NCBI RefSeq assembly: GCF_032191835.1
Contig: NC_083235.1
Coordinates: 21,018,001 to 21,082,000 of the forward strand
Direction of reading: 5' to 3'
DNA length: 64,000 nt
DNA from: Heteronotia binoei
Taxonomy: Eukaryota
The position numbers and the translations under genes are program-made. Positions 55,435 to 64,000 of this stretch are shown piece by piece. Positions within the stretch are counted from its first letter, which is position 1. Each line of letters starts with the position of its first letter. The notes below the pieces were generated by a model. That model saw only the letters and a program-made list of their open reading frames with translations, did not search any database and was not told where the DNA came from.

Positions 55435-57099
55435 AAATTGGAATGGCAAGCCCTCTTTAAATATAGAGAAAGTGGGCAGTGAGTTGGTATGTAGAGTCAT
55501 GGGAATGTTTTTAGCAGATTAAAAGAATCGCAAATTGGGGTCTGTGTTTGAACGAGCCACGTGTGGCTCCTGGGCTGCAGTTTGGCCACCCCTGGCCTAG
55601 AATTACAACTGATCTTCAGACCACAAAGACCACACAGAGAAATGGCTGCTTTAGAGGGTGGACTGCATGGCATTATATTCCATTGAGGTCCTTACCCACT
55701 CCAGACTCCACCTCCAAACCCCGAGGACTAATCAGGACCGGATCTACATGTTTCTTGAGGGGGGGGGGGAGATTAAAAAATGACGCCCCTTATGGGCCCA
55801 TTCTGTCTCATGGACCCATAGATAGAATGGACACCATACCCAATTTGGCGCCCCCCTCTGGCGGTGCCCAGGGCAAGCACCCCCCTCTGCCCCCCACCCC
55901 CCTAGATCTGGCCCTGGGACTAGTCCAACTCAAAATGGGTGACACTACATTACATTGATCAGCTTGCATAAAGCATTGTCCGGCTCATATATAGCTAACT
56001 TAGGGCCTCTTCACACTTAACACGACCATGAGTTTTTATTTGTAAACCAAAAGCAAGACTGATTGCAAGATTGCTAGGTTCAGGAGCAGACAGTGAAGTG
56101 ACAAAGGTCATCTGCCCAAGTTTTGATGTGGTTGAGAGACAGGGGGTTTTCTCCTGGCTTTCCCACAGAATGCAGGTACATTCATATACCTTGTGGGGTT
56201 TCCCTGGCTTTCTGCCAGCCTTTCCCTGACTTGTTTTGTTCTCTGCTTTGATGGCAAGGAAGTCTAATAATGCAAGCCATAATCCCACATTAATTTGGAA
56301 ACATCATTAACAGTTCCCTGAACCATTGACTCCTTGCTCGCAACTAGATTATCAGACCTGCACTGATCCAGCGACACTCAAGAGTAACTATTTACAGCAA
56401 TAGAAAAGAGCCAGAGTCCAGTGAAGGATGGAGTATAAATCCAAAATCCTCCTCCTCCTCCTCCTTGTCTTCTTCTTCTTCCTATGTAGCAACTTACAGA
56501 CTAACAAAATTTGTGTCAGGGATGAGCTGTCATGAAGTATCCAAAGAGTGCACAGTCACAAAGGCTCCTACCTGGAGGTCAGTTGTAAAAGCAAGAGATT
56601 TCCAGGCCCCACCTGGAGGCTGACAACCCTACATTTTCTCCAGAGGAGCTGATCTCTGCCAGCTGGAGATTAGTTGTCAAAGCAGGAGTTCTCCAGGCCC
56701 CACCTGGAGGTTGGCAATCCTACTGGACTCTGATCTGTTTACAGCAAGTATATGTCATGCTGCCTTGATCCCAAGATGACGTTTTAGAGGCCTTTCTAAA
56801 GTTGGTTTTCTTCTGAGTTAGCCACTGGAGTCTCATGGAATTATTTGTAAAGATCTCTTTTTTATTACGCTTTCTGGAAGAAGCTTTACTGTTAGCAAAA
56901 ACATAGGGATGGCAATGGGAGGAGGGAGTATCTTCATAGCAAATGTCAAAGATTCATTTTTTATTATTATTTAGTCCTTTGTTCCTGATTTCTGAAAATG
57001 GCAGATCTACAAAAAATCCCACCCCAATCAGATTCACTTGCTGTTTGGGAATAAAGGGAACATTGAAATAAGGCTGGGCACATGTGGTAGTGAACATAA

Positions 57100-59150
57100 C
57101 ATAAGAACATAACGTAAGAACATGAGAGGCCATGTTGAATCAGGCCAATGACCTATCCAGTCCAACACTATGTGTCACACAGTGGCCAAAAATCAGGTGC
57201 CATCAGCAGGTCCACCAGTGGGGCCAGAACTCCAGAAGTCCTCCCACTGTTGCCCCCCAAGCACCAAGAATACAAAGCATCACTGTCCCTGACAGAGTGT
57301 TCCATCTATAAAAAGATAAAGGTAGTCCCCCTGTGCAAGCACTGAGTCATTACTAACCTATGGGGTGGCATCACATCACGACATTTTCTTGGCAGACTTT
57401 TTAGCGTGTGGTTTGCCATTCCATCTATAAGGTAAAGATAGTCCCCTGTGCAAGCACCAGTCATTTCCCACACTGGGGTGACATCACATCACAACGTTTT
57501 CATGGCAGACTTTTTACGGAGTGGTTTGTCATTGCCTTCCCCAGTCATCTACACTTCCCCCACAGTAAGCTGGGTCCTCATTTTACCGACCTCAGAAGGA
57601 TGGAAGGCTGAGTCAACCTTGAGACAGCTACTTGAACCCAGCTTCCGCCGGGATCGAACTCAGGTCGCGAACAGAGAGCTCAGCCTGCAGTACTGCAGCT
57701 TTACCACTCTGCGCCACGGAGCTCCTAATTCCTAATCTATACCTTGTGGCTAATAGCCACTGATGGACCTCTGCTCCATATGTTTATCCAATCCTCTCTT
57801 GAAGCTGTCTGTGCTTGCAGCTATCACCACTTCCTGTGGCAGTGAATTTCATGTGTTAATCACTCTTTGTATAAAGAAGTACTTTCTTCTATCCATTCTG
57901 ACCCGACTGCTCAGCAATTTCATTGAATGTCCATGAGTTCTCATATTGTAAGAAAGGGAGAAAAGTACTTCTTTCTCTACCTTCTCTATCCCATGAATAA
58001 TTTTATAAACTTCTATCACGTCACAGGTCAATTGCTATTTTTCCAAGCTAAAATGCACTAACATCTTTAACCATTTAGATAGATCCAGGTGGGCAGCCGT
58101 GTTGGTCTGAAGCAGTAGAACAAAGCAAGAGTCAAGTATTATCTTTAAGACCAACAAAGGTTTATTCAGAATGGAAGCTTTCATGTGCTTTGTTGGTCTT
58201 AAAGGTGCAACTTGACTCTTGCATTGTTCTACCTTTAACCATGCTTCATAGAGAAGATCTTCTATCTTCTTAATCATTTTAGTTGTCCTTTTCTGCACCT
58301 TTTCCAATGCTATAAGTTTTGAGGTGTGATGACCAGAATTGTACATAGTATTCCAAATGAAGCCATACCATAGATTTATACAGGGGCAATATGATACCGA
58401 CTGATTTGTTTTCAGTCCCCTTCCTTATAATCCCCAGTATGGCATTTGCCTTTTTTATTGCAGTTGCATACACTGAGACTGATTTTGCACTCACCTTACG
58501 CCACTCCCACGTTCATCTTCTCAGTGTGGCTTCCCAATTTCCCACTATCTGCCCCAAGGATCAGTGTTCCTTCCAATTTCCCACTATCTGCCCCAAGGAT
58601 CAGTGTTTTCACGCAGCAAACAGAAACCGCTAAAAACCAGTTTCTGTTTGCTGCGTGAAAACGCCAATCTTTGCTGCAGATAGTGGGAAATTGGAAGGAA
58701 GCTGCACTGAGAAGACGAATGTGAGAGTGGCATAAGGTGAGTGAGAAATTGGTCACTGTCAGCATCTTCAGTGAGTTATCTACTACGACACCAAGGTCTC
58801 TCTCCTGGTCAGTTACTGCTAATTTGGACCCCATCAATGTCTATGTACAGTTAGGATTTTTGGCTTCAAAATGTATTATTGTGCACTTGCCCACACTGAA
58901 CCTCATTGGCCATGTTGATGCCTGCTTGCTCAGCCTTGACAGATCTCACTAGGACATCTCAAAGTCCTCCCTGCTTCTCACTGCCCTGAACTTAGTGTCA
59001 TCTGCAGACTTAGCCAATTCACTGCTTACTCCCAACTCCAAATCATTAAGGAACAAGTTTAAAAGCAGCAGACCTAGTACTGAGCCTTAAGGTACTCGAC
59101 TACTTACCCCTACCTACTGTGAAAGCTGCCCATTTACACTAACTCTCACA
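57100..59150 (-). mobile_element. CR1 LINE 3' half, interrupted by Sauria SINEs, a Penelope-like repeat (~58080-58230) and a foldback MITE (58477-58754)
   Basis: Fragments IEVYKIIHGIEKVEKEV, AIKKANAILGIIRKG and DQERDLGVVVDNSLKM in colinear order; AACATAAG tail at ~57100. Confidence 0.85.
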
Positions 59151-59679
59151 AGAAGTTTTTAATCCACAGAAATTGTGGGGAAATGCTGTGAAATGTCCTA
59201 CTGGATACAGAAGCCAGCTTCCTCAAGATCTCTTCTTCTTCTGAAGTTTCTCTAGTCCTTCTGAAATTTGGACCAAAAGTGTTTCGGGGAGTGTCTAGTC
59301 TTATGGCAACACTATAAGGTTTTCAAGGCAGGAGACATTCGGAGCTGGTTTGGAGATTTCAATTTCTGAGCATATAATAATATTTCTGAACATATAATAA
59401 TGAGCATATAATAATATTGCTGCCATTACCATATACAAAAATAAAGTTCAGGTCATCCATGAATGTCTTGACAATCCAGGGATTTGATTTGACACATTCC
59501 TATTAATCTAGCCAGGCTGGATCATTGTCAGAATGAAATAAATATGTAGTAATATTGTTTTATTATTGAGTAACTCATATTATTCTAACCTTCCCCCTAA
59601 AAATCAGGAGCAGATTACCATAGGATCCCAATGAAACAGTCTTCAGCACATGTATGGTTGCCATCCTCCAGGTGGGGAA

Positions 59680-60118
59680 AGGAGAGAACCATGTTTTACT
59701 AAAGACTAAATTAGTTATGTGAAGTTGTTTCTGAACTATGCTGAAACCCTTTGCAGAATATACTTCTGAAAACTAGATGCAATAAATGCAGAATGTCTCA
59801 TTATCTTCAGTGCTTACCGCTCCGTGTTACATAACGTACAACAAACATTCTTGCAGTTTACAATATACATTTACATAAAGGCAATTGCCAATTTGCAAAT
59901 TGTAAATTGGCAGTTGCTTTTATGTAAATGTGTATTGCAAACTGCAAGAATGTTTGTTGTACGTTATGTAACACGGAGTGCTAACCACTGAAGATAATGA
60001 GATATCCTGCATTTATTGCATCTAGTTTTCAGAAGTATATTCTGCAAAGGGTTTAAGCATTGTTCAGAAACAACTTCAAATAACTAATTTATTCTTTAGT
60101 AGAACACGGTTCTCTCCT
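59680..60118. repeat. AT-rich ~440-bp foldback (arms ~215 bp)
   Basis: 59680-59894 is the near-perfect reverse complement of 59904-60118. Confidence 0.9.
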
Positions 60119-60256
60119 GTTCCTAACCTCACTGTGTTCGTCCCTCTTGGTTTGAGCATCCTCCAGGTGGGAGCTGGTGATCTCTTGGAATTACAGTTGA
60201 TCTGCAGCCATAGATCAGTTCCTCAGAGAAAACAACTGCCTAGGAGGAGAGAACCT

Positions 60257-61783
60257 ATGTATCCAAGGGTTCTAAAAGAGCTTGCGGACATAATTTCTGA
60301 GTCTCTGGCTATTATTTTTGAGAATTCTTGGAGAACAGGAGAGGTGCTGGAAGATTGGAGGCAGGCGAATGTTGTCCCCATCTTCAAGAAGGGGGGAAAA
60401 GATGATCTAGGTAACTACCAACCCGTCAGCTTGATGTCTATACCTGGAAAAGTTTTAGAACAAATCATCAAACAGCCAGTCCTGGAACATTTAGAAAGAA
60501 TGGATGTGATTACTAAGAGCCAGCATGGGTTTCTCAAGAACAACTCATGTCAAACTAACCTGATCTCTTTTTTTGAGAAAGTGACTACCTTGTTGGATCA
60601 GGGGAATGCTGTAAGCATAGTTTATCTTGATTTCAGTAAGGCTTTTGATAAGGTTCCACATACTATCCTTGTTGACAAGTTGGTAAAATGTGGTTTGGAT
60701 TCTGTTACTGTTAGGTGGATCTGCAACTGGTTGACAGATTGCACCCAAAGAGTGCTTGTGAATGGTTCCTCATCCTCTTGGAGAGGAGTGACAAGTGGAG
60801 TGCCTCAAGGATCTGTCCTGGGACCTGTTTTGTTCAGCATCTTTATCAATGATTTGGATGAAGGAATAGAGGGAATGCTTATTAAATTTGCAGATGATAC
60901 TAAATTGGGAGGGGTTGCAAACACAGAAGAAGACAGAAACAGGATACAGGATGACCTTGACAGGCTGGAAAACTGGGCTAAAATTAATAAAATGGATTTT
61001 AACAGGGATAAATGTAAAGTTCTGCATTTAGGTAGGAAAAATCCAATGCATAGTTATAGGATGGGGGAGACTTGTCTTAGCAGTAGTATGTGCGAAAAGG
61101 ATCTAGGGGTCTTAGTGGATCACACGCTGAACATGAGTCAACAGTGTGATGCGGTGGCTAAAAAGGCAAATGCAATTTTGGGCTGTATCAACAGAAGTAT
61201 AGTGTCCAGATCACGTGATGTGATGGTATTGCTTTACTCTGCTCTGGTAAGGCCTCACCAGGAGTATTGTGTTCAGTTTTGGGCACCACATTTTAAGAAG
61301 GATATAGACAAGCTGGAACAGGTCCAGAGGAGGGCGACGAAGATGGTGAGGGGTCTGGAGACCAAGTTCTATGAGGAAAGGTTGAAGGGGCTGGGCATGT
61401 CTAGCCTGGAGAGAAGGCGGCTGAGAGGTGATATGATCACCATCTTCAAGTACTTGAAGGGCTGTCATATAGAGGAGGGTGTGGAATTGTTTTCTATGGG
61501 CCTGGAAGGTAGGACCAGAACCAATGGGTTGAAATTAAATCAAGAGTTTCCGGCTCAACATTAGGAAGAACTTCCTGACCCTTAGAGCGGTTCCTCAGTG
61601 GAACAGGCTTCCTCGAGAGGTGGTGGGCTCTCCTTCCTTGAAGGTTTTTAAACAGAGGCTAGATGGCCATCTGACAGCAATGAAGATCCTGTGAATTTAG
61701 GGGGAGGTGTTTGTGAGTTTCCTGCATTGTGCAGGGGGTTGGACTAGATGACCCTAGAGGTCCCTTCCAACTCTATGATTCTA
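60257..61783 (+). mobile_element. CR1 LINE, 5'-truncated, with an uninterrupted RT ORF
   Basis: ORF 60134-61564 with [21 protein letters not shown] and KFADDTKLGG motifs; 3' UTR ends TCCAACTCTATGATTCT. Confidence 0.93.
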
Positions 61784-64000
61784 TTATACCCCACTGAGGT
61801 CCTTCCCCTCCCCAAACTATGCCCTCTTCTAGCTCCACCCCCAAATATCCAGGAATTTCCCAACCTAGAGTTGGCAGCCATAGTTTAGGTCTAGACATAC
61901 TTTGTATCATAGGTGACACATCTGCGGGTCTTCAAGATATTCTGTGACTTACAGTAGAATCCTTTTAAGTTGGAATCTCCTTTGTTTACCTCTTCAGGTA
62001 CAAAGAGAGGTATTTCTTCTTGAAGGCTAACTAAGGATGGTATCACATGGCCGGTTTGAGGTGGCTTCAGGCCACCCCAAATAAAGTCGGCCACAATAGA
62101 GCACCCCGGAGCTTCCAGATGATGCTTAAAAAAGGGGCGGGCTGTGGGCACCTAGGGAGCATCTGGAATGGTCACGCATCCCGTTTGTGGCTCCCTGGGC
62201 ACTCTTCAGGCGCTTCCCAGCTTTCCAGACAGCCAGGAGCTGCCTACAGCAAAAAGGCACCACTTTTGACATGGTGCCTTTTTGAGGCAGGTGGATCGTC
62301 CCAGAGGATGAAGTGAGTACGGGATCAGGATGGCCACCAGATGTTACTGTGTGGACAGTTTTTTGGGGGCGCTTTCTGAGGTGTCTCTGGGTTGGTCCAA
62401 AGTGCCGGGCTATTAGCGACCTAAAAGTCCCTTTCTGAGCCTGATTATTTCTCCAGAAGCCTGTTCCTAAAAGGAAGAAGACAGAAGCTGCCCTGAAGTG
62501 AAAGTAAAACATAAAGTAATGCCACTGTTTTGCTATGAATGAATTTATGGCACAGACAGAAAAAACGACAGCCATTTTGTGAGCTACTTGAGTTTCTTAG
62601 TCCTCCTTTAACCACAACTTGCTCTTCTCCACTAAGTTGCTGAGGTAAACATGAGGACTCAGTTGATAAGACCAAAACAAAATGTATAATAGAATGAAGA
62701 CGAAAACCGAGATGATAATGTTGAGGCGCTCAGTAAAGCTGACCTCAAAAACATGGCTTCCTAGCTATCTATCTAGGGAGGCATCTGTCAATCCCACAGT
62801 TTCCCCCATCTCACATGTCCATATGCAGACTTTGAAGGGATTCTGAAGGGTACTAGTCCCTTATCTTCTGGAGCAAAGCTTTCCCCACCCGTTTTGATTA
62901 GAGAGACAGTCAACTGACTCCCAACTGCTCTGATAAAGGGAATTACCAAGGAGGACTGGGGGAAGGGGAAGATGAGTGGTCTTATGTGAATAAAACTGGT
63001 ACCTTGACATTTTTGAATGGTAGATACAAGGCCAGGGAAAGCCTTCCCATAGCACGTGTGGCCATCAGTGACCAGTTGTCACCTCAAGACACAACTTGAA
63101 CATAGCAAGAAACTATGTGGACCATGAATGGAGATTTCCTGTCACTTCACCTCACACAAATGTTTCAGGGGAGGCAGGCAGGTCAAACATTCACCAGAGA
63201 AATCCCAGAACAGAAACCATGTAATGCCTTTTATTAAAATCAATCAACATGACACAAAGCAGTTTGGTAACACTTGGAAATCCATTCCTTGTTTTATGGT
63301 AGTTCCAGGGCATCAGAACCAGGAGGAGTTCCAGACCAGAGTTTACTTATGGCTCTGGATAATTGGTTCAGGGCAAGAAAGTCTTTTGTCGGTCTTTTGT
63401 TCATCTCTTTGGCTATTTGGTAAAGTTATACTTTGGTAATTTAAGATCCTCAGTATATTCCTGAGGGACTGTGGCACCATACAGTCGGCGAGCTTTCAGA
63501 TCCTCCAGAACAATTTACAGCTGTTTCACTTTTTTTCTTCTCAGAAAGCCAAACATGCAATTCATATGGGTTCATGAACCCTGTTTTCTGCTCTCAGCCA
63601 TTTTCAAGGGGGGCAGAAAGCAGGGGTTAGATGGCTCAGAGCCATTAAAACCCTGCTTTCCACTTTTCAGGAACCCCCATGAAGTACTTTAAAATTTGTA
63701 AAAGTTTGTGGTGGTTCTTCAGTTTGTGAACATCGCTTTGTGAACCAAAAACCAACCAAATTTAATGACAAATGAGTTTGTGGGCTGATTCATGCCCATT
63801 CCTAGATGTGAAGACCTCTACCTGAGACCCTGAAGAGCCACTGCTGGTCAGAGTAGACAATTGATGGGCCGTGGGTCTGATTCAGGGACAGCTTCATGTG
63901 TTTTCACACTCATCATTTGGGAAGTACTCCTTTTCCTCCAGTCTGAAGGCCTCTCTGCTTCATTCCTGAGTTTACAGTGGTCCTCTCTTTGCATCTTGAG

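Noticed and set aside
62560-63450. Possible L1 ORF1 / 5' remnant
   Set aside because: Only a faint resemblance (EALSKADLKNM) with stops; not supportable by eye.

Overview
Vertebrate genomic DNA from a squamate reptile. Sauria SINEs, CR1, RTE/BovB and Penelope-like elements point to squamates; a gecko-like TE complement is my inference. The window holds a TE-rich, dispersed replication-dependent histone gene cluster with eight single-exon histone genes, each followed by a 3' stem-loop: H4(-), a divergent H2B(-)/H2A(+) pair, H3.2(+), a lone H2A(-), H4(+), and a divergent H2A(-)/H2B(+) pair. No H1 or true tRNA gene was found. The standout is an intact, intronless pseudouridine-5'-phosphatase (PUDP/HDHD1-like) ORF lying head-to-head with the first H4 gene. 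The two share a 444-bp interval with two opposed E2F sites, paired CCAAT boxes and CHR elements. Downstream of the ORF is a ~340-bp palindrome carrying Penelope-type hammerhead ribozyme motifs on both strands. Other points: an H2A whose bidirectional promoter has lost its H2B partner, apparent gene-conversion tracts between histone paralogues, several promoter-like segments with no gene, and several foldback elements. Four N runs inside H2A/H2B genes preserve the coding length exactly and look like masking rather than assembly gaps. The remainder is LINE/SINE/MITE debris. Repeat boundaries are approximate unless target-site duplications (TSDs) are given.
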